Origin: Podarcis cretensis
Lineage: Eukaryota
Assembly: GCA_951804945.1 (NCBI GenBank)
Contig: OX638149.1
Location: 79,360,001 to 79,424,000, forward strand
Length of the DNA stretch: 64,000 nt
Direction: 5' to 3'
This document shows, piece after piece, positions 26,601 to 39,037 of the stretch (positions are counted from its first letter, which is position 1; every line of letters begins with the position of its first letter). The notes beneath the pieces are model-generated. The model did not search any database. It saw only the letters and a list, made by a program, of their open reading frames with translations, and was not told the DNA's origin. A program made the translations under genes and the position numbers.

Positions 26601-28394
26601 TTTACACAACGTATGTTACTTGCATCAGAAGCTATATGGCCACTCCATATACTATGGAACTGTAAATGATTCCCAATATACCTGTAACTCTTATCAAGAT
26701 TGTGTGAAATAAACTATATATATATGTATATTGTACACTTCTTATAGTGACCATCATTTTGTGTGTTATGCTTGAGTGTTGAGTCCTACTGTGTTTTAAT
26801 TCTGGCTACATATTTTAAGATGACATGGAGTTCTGCACACAGAACTGGAATGATTTCCCGTCCTACCAAGGAGGGACGCTGCTACTTAGTGAACTGAAGT
26901 GACAAGAGAACATAGAAACTGCTACTTTCTAGCGACACATTTATCTAAAATATGGAGAAAAAGGAGCCTTAACATGAGGAATTTGGTGAATAATACAAAA
27001 TTTATTGCAGCCTGTTCAGACTAGAACCGTAGGAACGTATTTGTCTATTCTTCGTTAGTTTCTGGAAATCAGAGCAATAAGAAGGGTGGGTTGCGAACTA
27101 CCTAGAGCAATATTCTGAACATCTCTGCTGGTAATACATTTCCAGAGTTTATTTAGAGCACAACTATGCTATTCTAACTCCAAGGCTGCAGGAATTTAAA
27201 TGAAAGCTTTATAATGAGTCTCTTCTGCATGTGCTTTCTCTATTTTCTCATGTTGCCTGCAAGAGGGATTCAAAATGTTTGCTTCAGGATCACACTTGTT
27301 TTCCATTATACCTGACACTGCCCACATTGGCTAGGGCTTATGGGAGCTGTGAATTCACAAACATCTGAAGGGTGCCAGGTTGTCTACCCTCGGCATACAT
27401 GATTCTTTTTCTTTCAATGTGTATCACTTTGCTCTAACACTGAGGTCCCCAACTTGGCAGACATGGGCCCTTTCCCCTCCAAGGCCTCTTGCCCCTGCTA
27501 ATAAAAATGTTGCTCTTCATTTGGTTGGAGGGGGTTGCCAGGTTTCTTTTGCGGGGAGGGATATGGTCTGCTTTTTTCAATCTGTGTTTTTTTTGTTTTG
27601 TTTCGGGTTATATGTAGGTGTTTTCTCTAGTTGCAGGAGGGTGCTGAGCACTACCAATATGTATTCTGTGCCTTGGAGCAAACTCAAAGGGACCTTGGGC
27701 CCACCAATAAAATATTTGAGGGGACTGCCCTCCCCCAAGTTGATGGGCATTGTCATTCAAATGGTGTGTGTGCTCTGCATCTTGTGATCAATTATTTGGG
27801 GAGGGCTTACCTCCCCCTCCATTTTATTCAAGGTGGCATCCCTGCTTCTGTGAAATGAGCCAAACTCTCTGCCTAATGTTCAGATGGTTTCAGCTTCTTC
27901 AAAGAATTCAACCCCCTACAATCGGTGGAGTGTCGGGAGATTATTGACATACATAATATACTTTGTGAGCTAAAATGAATATTCTCTGCAAATGAAAACA
28001 CACAAACTGGTGTTATGTCATTACCTCACATGAAGTTAGTCAGTCTCTAGTTTCTCCCCTTTGTACTTTTTAGGATCAACAGGCAAAATCCTTCCTGAAA
28101 GAATGCTTAGTTCCTGGTTCTCTAAAGAAAAAGTGACAGCATTTATAGACACTATTTTTTTCCTTGCTAGTCCTATTTTCTCTTACTAGGCAACCCATGC
28201 AAGCTAAGCTATAACTTGTTCACTGCAGTAATCTGATGGCTAACTTCATATTGTGTAGAATAGTAATTAATCAATATATAAACAAATAAATATAAAAGCC
28301 AAGCTAATCTTTTGTGATAAAGAGAAATATGTCTGATAGCACCTTGAGACTAATTATTAACAAGCTTTTTATTACAAAATGTGTATTCAATTGA

Positions 28395-28875
28395 TTATTT
28401 ATTTATTGCATTTATGAACCCCCCCTCCTTCAAAAGGAGCTCAGGGTAATGTATGATAAGAGATAAAACAAGATTTATCAACAAATGATAACTAATTAAA
28501 ACACAGATCGATTTCAGCTGTGAGTTATTAAAACCAACAAAATATTATTCTGTAAAGGGAGGGTAAACAAAAATGTCTTCAACTGGTGTCTGAATATAAA
28601 AAAGGAGGAAGCCAAATGTAAGTCCAGGGAGAGGGCATTCCAAAGGCAGAGGAGCACCACAATGGAGACTGTTACACATTCCTGGGCAACAAAGCCTTGT
28701 AAAGATCACAAGCAGAACCTTGTCTTTGCCTCCCAGTCTCAGGTACTGAATCAATTGGTATTGGAGGAGGCGCTCCTGCAGATACTTGGCTCCTGTCTGC
28801 AACTGGTACTTTACTGCACTAATCTTGAATGCATTTGGCACCCCAAACCTATCTTGTGGCTGGGGCAACCCAGTC
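28395..28875 (-). mobile_element. Old L2-like LINE fragment
   Basis: (TTTA)n tail, GAGCTCAGGG motif and GGGAGAGGGCATTCCA segment typical of squamate L2 3' ends; by eye. Confidence 0.4.
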
Positions 28876-29409
28876 AGATGGGTGGGGTACAAATAATACA
28901 ATTCTTGTTGAGCCTATTCTCCATGTAGTTTGGACCAGTTTGATGATGACACAGAATCCCATGTATTCCACCAACGGAGTCTTTGGATGCTAAGAAGACA
29001 GTGCACATGTTTTTGAAAGCTTCTATGAGCAGGCAAGCAGATGATCATTTTTTCTATGCCTTTGAATTTGAGAACAAATCAATAAAAGGAATCAATAGAA
29101 CGTGTTTCCTGCTCCAGAGAAGTTGTCCCATGCGAGTCAGAAAAAGACTTGGTATGAAATTAACCTCATACATAAATTCTGCTTTTAAATGATTAGTTAA
29201 GCAGACAGTAATAGTCAATGTGCTGCTTCTCAATTCTGTTCCTGATCTCTCATTAAAAAGGTAAATAAAGGTCCTGCTGGATCAAGTCAAAGGTCCATAT
29301 AGCTGAACTTTCTGTTTCCAGGTAAGTCTCCCTGGGGGAGCCAATGCAGAAAAGGCCTCTGCAGCTGGTGCTTGTGGCTATTTAGAGGCTGCCTAACCCT
29401 TCCTCCTCC

Positions 29410-30070
29410 CAGCCCTGCGTCTGCTCCGACTCCGCCTGCTTTGTTTCGGGCGCTGGAGGGATCCACCCTTGCTGCTGCTGCCGCCGCCGCCGCCGCCGCC
29501 GCCTTCAAGGCATCGCACCCGCTTCCCCGCTCTGGCGGAGGGAGGAACCGCCCTGCCCCGCAGTGACGCCCCACCTGACTCTGGCCCGTCTCCCTCAGCT
29601 GCGGCCGCCTCACAGGGCCCGCGCGCATCATGGCGCCTGCGCAAGCGCAGCCTGGCGTAGCCGAGCGGGGATAGGCCTCTCTGCTTGCATTCCAGGCGCT
29701 GCTGGGCTTCCCCACCTCCGCCGGCCCGGGAGCGCATGAGAAGGCGACCGCCGCCTGCTTCCTCTTTCCCGCGGGGAGGCTCCGCGGACGCCGCCGCCGC
29801 CGCCGCCGCCATGTCGGAGAGGCTCAGCAAGCCGACGTGCCTCCTCGCGGCCAGCGCGGCCGCAGCAGGTGAGAGGCGGGCAGAGCGAGCTCGGGCGGGC
29901 GCCCCTCCGAGCTTTTGAATCTCCTCGGCTCGCCCTGAGGCGGAGACGGAGCTGCGCGGGGCTTCTGCTCGGAGGACCCGGGGGTGGCGGGATGGAGGCG
30001 CCCGAGGGAGGCTGCGGGGAGCCAACCCACGCCAGCGGCATTCCCATTTCTGCAGGGCGGGGCGAGGTCA
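29410..30070. promoter_or_regulatory. GATD1: CpG island / GATD1 promoter with NRF1-like site TGCGCAAGCGCA (29638-29649) and GCC repeats (29480-29503, 29790-29810)
   Basis: Very high GC and CpG density around the GATD1 start codon. Confidence 0.9.
29811..29868 (+). CDS. GATD1: GATD1 coding exon 1
   Basis: [19 protein letters not shown]; donor G|GTGAGA. Confidence 0.93.
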
Positions 30071-31629
30071 CCTTGTCATTTCTCTATTGTTATCATCATT
30101 GTTCTTGTCCGTCCCGTAAGAGTTGTAGGAGCCCCGGCAAAATAAACAATTTAAAATAAAATAAAACTGCAACCCTAAACAGGAGAGGGGAGGCCGGGCC
30201 TGCCTTCCTGCACAAGCAAACATGACAATCCCTTTTTTTTTTTTTGTATTGTAACAATCCGGAACACCTGCCATACTCTCATTCTGGTACTCATAGTCTC
30301 CGATAGGAGCCTGAAATCCTTACTCATATTGTACGAATTGTGCTTGAAGCTGGCTTGTTGAGATTGCCCCTTACACACCACACCATACATTGAAAATGCT
30401 CTTATGCCACCTTAAACACTCAGGGAGGATCCTGGGAACTGCAGTTTGTTAAAAGATTCTGGGGATTGAAGTTCCTCTGTAAAGTCAGCCACCATAAGAG
30501 ACTGGAGTTCTCTGTGTCTGTTAAAGTGGTTTAGGGATACTTTGAATGTATGGTGTGGATGCAACCTACTTAATAATGCTCCCTGCCTGGAGCTCTGCTT
30601 CCCCTTTTTTTACTTTTATGATGTGGCTTTTTCTTATTGCATAGCTCTCCTGCTGCATGAAATAGTTTGTCACAATTCTTCTCTCCTGGAGTTGTAAAAC
30701 TGATTAGATGTTGATGTAATTGCTTGTCTATTTGGGGCAGCTACCAGCATCCTAAGCTGGTTGTCTTTTTCAATACTATTATGAATGTTGTGTATTATTA
30801 AAATGCTCCTTATAGGAGAAAAATGATCACCAGAAATAGTAGATTAGTACTGTGAAAAATGTTCACTTGAAAACAAATGAAATATGCATTTTTTTTTTTA
30901 TTCCTGTTCTCCAGGGGTATCTGCAGATTCCTTCCTTCACTCTTTTACCCTGGCAAGCTCTGCTTTTAATCTACAGGTTGCTACTCCAGGGGTAGGTAAA
31001 AAATGTTAATACTTAACCGTGGATATTGTTGCAGTAAATTTCAGACAGTAGTGTTAGGCTCATTTAAAACAAACAGAACTTGCAAAAATCCATGAGGTTT
31101 ATTCCTCGACCAGTGAAGATCATTTTTTTGTCTCTGAAACAATTGTTGAGGGAGCTGCATCGCAGAGCAAGCAGCTCATACCTCAAAATCACATGTGTCG
31201 GTGGGAGGATTGGGTGAAGGGATTGGGCTCCAAAGATACATTCCACACAAAAACTTAAAGAATAAAGAGGTGGCCCTGCTTTGTAGACAGAGGGGGGCTG
31301 GGTGGAAGTGCATTAGGTTCCAAAAATGCATGGTGTTCTGCTGCCGGGTATATTGCCTTGTGACATGAGGGAAGAATGCACAAACAGTCCTTGGCTGCTG
31401 ATTCTTTTTTCTTTGTAGCAGGAAGTAATTTTCATCCTCTGCTACAGAAATTGGAGCCTTACTTTCAAGAGCCAAATGTGGCTCCCCAGGAGGCCATTGG
31501 GACTCTCCCCAGGTCATACTCCTTCATAGACTTGCTTTGCGCCCTCTTTGAGTGTCTTGCCTAACTGGAATATGTCCTTCAAATCTGAAAATGTTTCTTG
31601 CTTATCTGGACAGAGGCATGGGCATCCAT

Positions 31630-31677
<48 letters not shown>

Positions 31678-34600
31678 GAGACAAAAAGTACAGGTACTTT
31701 TATCCTCACTTTTTGTACAAAATTAGCCTACCGTACTTCCTGCTTTGAGTGTTTTACTCATGTTCTCCCTAATAAATTCCTGCAGATGCCCATGAATACA
31801 AGAGTGTGTGTAGAAACTAGCCTACTGCACAAAGCTAATATTCTTTTTAGTTGATCTGCCCACTTTTGCCTCTGGCCTTGCACTCCACTGGCATGCAGCC
31901 TCCAGAAGGTAGCTCAGGTAGAAATGTGGCTTTTGCACTGAAGTTCTCCATCCCTGTACTGTTATCTTACCTGAGAGCCCTAGCCTGCTCTCTCCTCTCC
32001 CTACCTGAAAGGGGGGGGGGTGTCTTTCCACCATCAGATTCTACATCAGACTCTGACTTTGGAAAGAGACAGGGCAGTAAATATAGGTCTTTTAAGCGGA
32101 AACTATTAGTTTTAGGCTGTGTTATTTGGGAAAGGGAGAGGCATAGGTTTGAGCTGCAGTGCTGTTCATATGTGTAGCTTTGTGCATGTTTTACAAAATC
32201 AGAACCACTTGTTTGCATATGAATTGTCTATCTTATTTCAGTCAATCACCAATAAATGGTATGTCTTAAAAAAATGGGTGCGCTTATCAAGTCTTGCCAT
32301 GTATAAACTCTTGCATTTAACTAGTCTTTCCTCACATATTTTCATTAATTGAGCTTTGAACAATGATTCTGCTAGGGAAAGTCAATTGATTTCACTGGTG
32401 TTAATGAAGCAAACATGCGTTGGATCCAGGACTTCCGAATGAAATCTTACGCAAATCCTGCCAAGCTGGAATCAACTGATGGTGAGGTATCTTTTAACTT
32501 GCAACTCAGGCAGGGTCTGTTCTCTGTGCACAAACTGTTCTTATCTACACAGTATAGTGTTCCTTGCTGCCAACTCTGTCAAACTTAAGCACTCGTTGAT
32601 TTTAAATGTGATTGTTGAGCATGTGCTGAGAATGATGCTATTACTGTTTCTTTTGCATTTTTAGCAATGATTTAGAAAGAAAGGTTTTTTTTCTGTTTGC
32701 CACAATCTCAAGACCTCTCTTGTATCTGTGACAGAGAGCATTCAGATATGATAGGGAACTATGGTTTCCTTCTAGGGACGCGGGTGGCACTGTGGGTAAA
32801 ACCTCAGCGCCTAGGACTTGCCGATCGTCAGGTTGGCGGTTTGAATCCCCGCGGCGGGGTGCGCTCCCGTTGCTCGGTCCCAGCGCCTGCCAACGTAGCA
32901 GTTCGAAAGCGCCACCGGGTGCAAGTAGATAAATAGGGACCGCTTACTAGCGGGAAGGTAAACGGTGTTTCCTTGTGCTGCGCTGGCTCGCCAGATGCAG
33001 CTTTGTCACGCTGACCACGTGACCCGGAAGTGTCTTCAGACAGCGCTGGCCCCTGGCCTCTTAAACGAGATGGGCGCACAACCCCAGAGTCGGACACTAC
33101 TGGCCCGTACAGGCAGGGGTACCTTTACCTTTACCTTTATGGTTTCCTTCTACGACAGTAAACCATGGCAGATCTTTGGCTCACACATTCCTTCCTCCAC
33201 TCCTTTGCATCCAAGAGGAAATGGAAAGGTAGCACTTTCACTTTTAAACTGACAGCAGTTTCCTGTGATATCTAAGCTTGGCGAACTATGGTTTATTTCA
33301 ACTGTAACTTGTGATAACAAACCAGGATCAAGGAGTGGTTTGGGATCCTGGCTTGTTTTCAAACTATAGCTTGAACAAACATTGTTCAGCTCCCTGAGGG
33401 AACTGTGGTTTAAAATATTTTTGCACCATGGTTGCAAAGGAAATGGTGATGGGAGGGTGCCTTAAACCCAAGGCTCACCATGGTTTCCCATTGCATCTGA
33501 ATTGACATTTTCCTGCCAGTGACCTACCAGATCACTTTGGGGAGGAACAAGACCTGAAATAGGAGCATAAATCCTCGTAAGGCAGCCCCCTCCATAATGT
33601 TGCCTCTCATTTTTATTTGATGGGCAATTGGTTTGTCTGTAGTTTTCAGACGCAAACATGACCATGAGCAGTTTTCAGACATTCTGTCCTGTTTCAGTGT
33701 GAGCTCAAAACAGAAAACATTGGGGCGAAAGGGAATCTAGCCTGCTCTTAATAGTTTCGGAGTGTGGTCAATAGAGCCCATTCCAATGTTTTCTTGAACA
33801 GGCCCCTTCCAATTACCCTATAATGAAGAATCATTCCTGCGTGCACTTAGAGATAGTGTTGCTGTGGGAACAAAGCTGCCTATGGAAGGGACACAGTGGG
33901 GAAGGAGAGCAGCAACTATTCTTCTGAAGTCAGCTGCAGGGTTGTTTCCAAAGCTGTCCCCTTGCACCTTGTTGCACCCTGGAGGCTGTGGTTGGTTTGG
34001 AGTAATGGCTCTACCCCTCATTCCAGGTATGGTAATCCCCTTGATGGGCAGAACAGGGAAAAGGTGGAACAACTCTTCACACCTTCAAAATCACACCTGC
34101 CGTTGGAGCAGGTAAAGTAAGAGCCAGGTCACTGGGGGCAATGAATATGGGAGAGGGGTCATACATGTATTTGTAGAAAGGCACTGTTCCTGTAGTGCCA
34201 ACTCCAGGAATACTAGTTTGGGGGAATGAAGGGGAAGGCAAAGGCCATTATTAGGAGAGCAAGGATTTAATTTGCACATTATAGGACTTTAGTGACTACA
34301 AGCTGGGGGAGTGAATGGGGTTGCATGAAATATTTTGGGGTGTACCCGCTAACACATGGAGTCATCTCTGCCAGCCTGTCAACCTTGATAAACCTTTAGC
34401 TGGTTTTGAAATAAACAGAGCTTGCAAGTGTCATAAGCTTCTTTGCTGCTTCTTCCTCCCTAGGTGCCAGATACCATGCTTTGTTGATTCCAGACTGTCC
34501 TGGTGCCATGGTGGATCTGGCAAACAGTGGTTACTTAGCTAGAATATTGCAGCATTTCAGCTCTGAAAACAGTAAGTAAACCTCCTTGGGGATTTAGCTT

Positions 34601-37330
34601 TATTCTGTACACTTTGTGCATCTTAGACTGGGAAGCATATAAACTGCTAAGACTAATTAAGATCTCTCTTTCTGGTAGGGGTGAACATCCAGGAGGCCTT
34701 AAGGAAAATTTTGATAATGTGGATAAGGTAGCAAACTAGTGCAAACTCAGTTCAGTAACATAAGAACAATTGTAGCCAGTTTAGAACCTAACATTGTGGA
34801 TGTGCATCGCTTAATCTACAAATACCAACACTGAACTTCTTTCCACTTCTTTTTTACACAGCCCCTCCCCCCAGCAATGTTTGCTATCAGTCAAATCTCT
34901 GTCATTCTGAGTGGTTCAGATTTGGAGAACCTGTGGCCCTCGAAATATTGTTGTGATTATAGTTCCAACATCTCTGTTCATTGGTCATGCTGGCTGGGGC
35001 TAATAGGAGTTGGACTGCATCACAGAAATACCTGAAGTCAGTTAGATGGGAAGAATATTTTGTAGCATAACTGAACTTCTGGGGGGGGGGGGGAAGCAGT
35101 TGTAATTTTTCTGAATAGGGATTTTTAGATGAAGCTGTTTTTCTTTGTAGAACCCATATGTGCTGTTGGACATGGAGCTGCCGCCTTATGCTGTGCCACA
35201 AATGAGGACAAATCCTGGGTATTTCAGGAATACAGCTTAACAGGTGTAGGTGCAGTATGTTTAAGCAAATCACGACTTTTCATATATCACTCTTCTAAAA
35301 CTCAAGTTTCTGTTCTGATGAGTCCCGTAAGAAGTAGCCTTTGTCTTCATTTTATATGTGGATTTCCCCTTGGGCTTCCCAGATTACAACCACAGATCTG
35401 CTCCAAGCCTTTTATAGTAGTCTGTTTTAAGTGAAGCTAAGCACATATTTACTGGCGTTTAATTCAGGGTCACTGCAAGGTGAAATGACTGATAAAGTTG
35501 TATTTATTTACTTAAAAAAAAAAATAGCCAAAAGACTCCTCAAAGCAATTTAGAAAAATAATCTCAATAAGATCACAGTATAATCAATACAAACATAGCC
35601 ATATGCATTTTGTAGTTTTAACTACTAACTGTGAGGGAAACCATGTACTTAAATTTTCTGTTGACATGCCAGCAGTGGGATAGAAAGGTGCATGTTTACT
35701 GAAATAACTTTATTTTATGCTCAAGTATAAAAGGAGTGTTATGAATTATTGCAGGGATAGGCTCACTTCAGCCTTGTTTCTTCTCCCCTCCATTTAAAAT
35801 TAAGTCCTGTGACCCACTAATGTGTTTTGTGTGGTTTGATCGTGAGTCTTGGTTAGGAACTGCTTGTCTGGATCAAACCAAGGTCAACCTAGTCCTGTAT
35901 TTTTGCAAGAATCTAGTCAAGATGTTGGGTAGCCCACTGAAAACAGTATCTTCCTCTACGTGTTTTGTGACATATTTCTTTTCTTGTATCTTCCAGCCCT
36001 GTGTGTATGAACTAATAAGACTGCCTAGTTTTGCCAGTTTGCCTATTATCTTTGAGGACTTTGCAAAAGATTCTGGAGCTATCTATAGCGGTATGTCATT
36101 TAAGGCTCTGTTCCCACAGGTTTTTAATCAGTAGTTGATTAAGTAAATGTGATCAAGAAATGCTTGGGCTGTACTGTATTAATGCAAAATCTAATGCAGA
36201 TGTAAGACCTTAAAAGTGGAAGTTAGAAAGTGCTTCTCAAGATTTCTCATTAAAACATTCAGCAACATGGAAGTTATAACAGCCCAGCATTCCACAGTAA
36301 ATCTCCCAACCTTGGAGAGTTCAGTCTTTGCCACTGACCATCTCAGAAATGAAGTCAAGCTTGTTCATGAGTGGAATCTGAATGCCCTGCTGGAGAGCCC
36401 TCTAGTGGTCCTTAATGTTGTTGCAGGCAGAAGTTAAGATCCACTGTGTTCTTATATACCCTCAGCATGCTCTTGCACACAATTGTGCAATATTTTAAAA
36501 GATTAATAGGAAAATTTCATTCTATTTGTTTCAAACACTAAGGAGAGGGGAAGACAAGCACAAGAGTCACTGTGGCTCACATGCAATAATCTAAATCATA
36601 ATCTGAGCCTGGCCAATGTTATAGATATCCCTATAATTGCTTGGGTTTTACAAGTCACAAAGGACAATAAAAATGGTTTGCAAGAGATTGAAAAAACAAC
36701 AACAAATCAACTTATTAGGAAGATGAAATTAAATTGATAAACAGCAGTAAAGACTTGTGTATAGTTTTTCTTAAGTGTCAGAGAAATGGAGGTTGTAGTA
36801 TGTAAATTAAGACATGAATATTTTCTCCCAATATAGCCAGCAAAGCAGATGCAGTGCATGTTGTATTGGACAGACATCTTGTCACTGGACAGAATGAAAA
36901 TTCTACAGTTGCAGCTGTCCAGAACCTTATTTTTCTTTGCAATGGCAGGTAAGAAAAGGTGGGGGGAGTTTCAGTAAAATTTTGTGTCACTGCCGACATA
37001 GTCCTTCAGTTCTGGAGTATTCTAGCTAATGTGTGTATGTCTGAGAGGGGGAGACTAGTTTTATATTAAGAATTAAAATTTTATTTGGTTACAGCTAGCC
37101 AAACTCAATCTTTTTCTTCAAAGAAAAAATGAATCTATATTAAAGGCTAATGGGGTAGCAGTACGTAGTTTCATTTTTTAAAATAACCTGGTCACAATTA
37201 TGGATAAGTAGATGAAGCAGATATCTGATACTTAGCTGCTTGGTTTTTTTCTAGCAAATTATTACTGTAGTTTAGATGTGAGCTGTTTACAGTGATCTAT
37301 TATGTTCTACTTTCATTCAGCAGAAAATGA
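29811..37330 (+). CDS. GATD1: Glutamine amidotransferase-like class 1 domain-containing protein 1 (PDDC1; DJ-1/PfpI fold), 218-219 aa
   Basis: join(29811-29868,30915-30991,32376-32481,34464-34571,35151-35245,35997-36090,36837-36948,37324[or 37321]-37330); all GT-AG with consistent phases; peptides [37 protein letters not shown] match human GATD1. Confidence 0.96.
30365..30566. mobile_element. Palindromic MITE (PIF/Harbinger-like); related element about 62202-62397
   Basis: CACACCATACATT...AATGTATGGTGTG inverted arms with central CCTGGGAACTGCAGTTT core. Confidence 0.6.
30915..30991 (+). CDS. GATD1: GATD1 exon 2
   Basis: [26 protein letters not shown]. Confidence 0.95.
31631..31675. repeat. 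(GT)n microsatellite
   Basis: Direct reading. Confidence 0.95.
32376..32481 (+). CDS. GATD1: GATD1 exon 3
   Basis: [35 protein letters not shown]. Confidence 0.95.
32775..33137 (+). mobile_element. Sauria SINE, full length, GATD1 intron 3
   Basis: tRNA-like head, (ACCTTT)n tail, 15-bp TSD TATGGTTTCCTTCTA (32760-32774, 33138-33152). Confidence 0.93.
34464..34571 (+). CDS. GATD1: GATD1 exon 4
   Basis: [36 protein letters not shown]. Confidence 0.95.
35151..35245 (+). CDS. GATD1: GATD1 exon 5
   Basis: [32 protein letters not shown]. Confidence 0.95.
35997..36090 (+). CDS. GATD1: GATD1 exon 6
   Basis: [31 protein letters not shown]. Confidence 0.95.
36837..36948 (+). CDS. GATD1: GATD1 exon 7
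   Basis: [37 protein letters not shown]. Confidence 0.95.
37324..37330 (+). CDS. GATD1: GATD1 exon 8 coding part (RK*)
   Basis: TTTCATTCAG CAG AAAATGA tandem acceptor; gives C-terminal RK-stop as in human. Confidence 0.85.
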
Positions 37331-37698
37331 TGGTGCTCTTTGTAAATGGGATGAATACAGAAGAAGTCTTCTACTTTGAGAAATGGAAAGGAGAATACTG
37401 CACATTTGTAAGGATGGGGACTGTAAATCATGTGGTAAAAACCTTAATTGAACTATGTTTTCCTGCTTTTTTGAAAAACATTGTTCCATCTTGTGTTAAT
37501 ACAGATTCTTAAAAGCCTGGTTGAAAATTAACATGAAAAACCATGGTTTGCAGCTCTGTCAACAGCTGAACACCTGAATTAGATATTTTTGAAGCTATTA
37601 CTTTGTTAGTTATCCATGTGTCCAAATCCTCATCCTTGTGCAGGACTATATGGTATTATGTTATCGTTAATTGCCACAACTGTAAACTAACAATACAA

Positions 37699-37704
37699 AA
37701 TAAA
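37699..37704 (+). terminator. GATD1: Candidate GATD1 poly(A) signal
   Basis: First AATAAA after the stop codon; alternatives at 38619 and 39205. Confidence 0.55.
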
Positions 37705-38777
37705 GTATTTGTTACACTTTCACCTAGGAGTTTTGAGTTTGATGGCAGGTGCTAAAAAGACTGCTGTATTGAGATTACCTGAAAGTTAAAATAAGCTTCA
37801 GTTCAGTAAGCTACAAAAATTATTCTAGATAATGTCACCTCAACTTTTTTTTTAAAGGCAAAGACCATTAAGATTCTTATAAAGTGGAAATACAACAATT
37901 GAATGGAAAGGCATTTGGTCTTGTGGCTGTGGTATGTGTGCTGGTTGGTTCGCTTAATGCTTTTAAAGATAATTTTATTTAGTTTTTTTGTACCACCCAT
38001 GATTGTACAAGTCCATTTTTTTATGACCACAGAAGTTAGAGAAGCTGTTGAAGTTGGACTCAGTAAATATAATTTCACCCTCTTAAAAGTTTGTAGTGTA
38101 AGGACTTTTGCCTGTAGCTGATCAGAATTGTAATAGGCAACATCTAGAAGGCTTCAAATTGGCAAAGGCTGGTAACACGTAATATAGCTGTTTCACAAAA
38201 TGATTAGACAAATGCTCTTCTTAGCTGCTAGTAGCAGCTTGGCCATGTTTTTTGTGAAATTAATTTTAATTTACCTGTTAAGGCTGGCTTAGGTATTGTA
38301 AACCATGTATAGGACTACAGGGCAGATTTGTAGTCATACAATATTCTGGCACTACACCCAGCCACCATTTGGATTTCCAAACATGAAGTTTACACTACAG
38401 CTACGTACCTAAGTGCTGCATTCCTTAAGAGATCAAATTCTCATCAATTCAGACATCAAATCATGATTACAATTACGGTTTGCAAGTCTCACTTCAAACC
38501 ATAATTGGAGATCCTTAATCATTGCTTATTCAAGTTCATTTGGTACAGCTAGGTTAGTAATCATAATTGTATGTAAGGAAACAAACATCTTGCTTAGTGC
38601 TATGACTCCATCCATAGGAATAAAGTCTTCAGCTATTTTGATGAGACTTCTTCAACACACTTCCTGCATTATGGTAAGTGTTGGCAAGATCAACTTATCC
38701 TTTCTACGAAGTAGGAATGAAACATCATACCTATTACTTAGTACAAATACGTGAAAGCATTGTTGTACCACAATAAT

Positions 38778-38783
38778 TTTATT
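38778..38783 (-). terminator. TALDO1: Candidate TALDO1 poly(A) signal
   Basis: AATAAA on minus about 220 nt after the stop codon. Confidence 0.65.
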
Positions 38784-39004
38784 ATTACCACTACCACCAT
38801 CATTTTGAAGGGAAACCCTTCCAGTCAATTGGTCCTTTAGTCATCTGCAACTCCCCCCACAGCAGTATCAATTTTGATATACAAAAGTGCCAAACACACT
38901 GAGAATATGTTAAGTTTGCAAAATCATATAAAAAGCCTGGAATACAGAAAATCCATTCATATGCAGCTTGTACAGCCATACATCTTCCAAGAAGTTTGGC
39001 ATGC

Positions 39005-39037
39005 CTACTTTCCATTTGCAGCATTGAACATTCGTTC
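39005..39037 (-). CDS. TALDO1: TALDO1 exon 8 coding part
   Basis: [10 protein letters not shown]. Confidence 0.96.
   Translation of the reverse strand, partial: ERMFNAANGK

Noticed and set aside
29287-30159. Long overlapping ORFs (142-210 aa) at the GATD1 island
   Set aside because: Stop-poor GC-rich CpG island; low-complexity Ala/Gly/Arg/Pro translations; only 29811-29868 is supported
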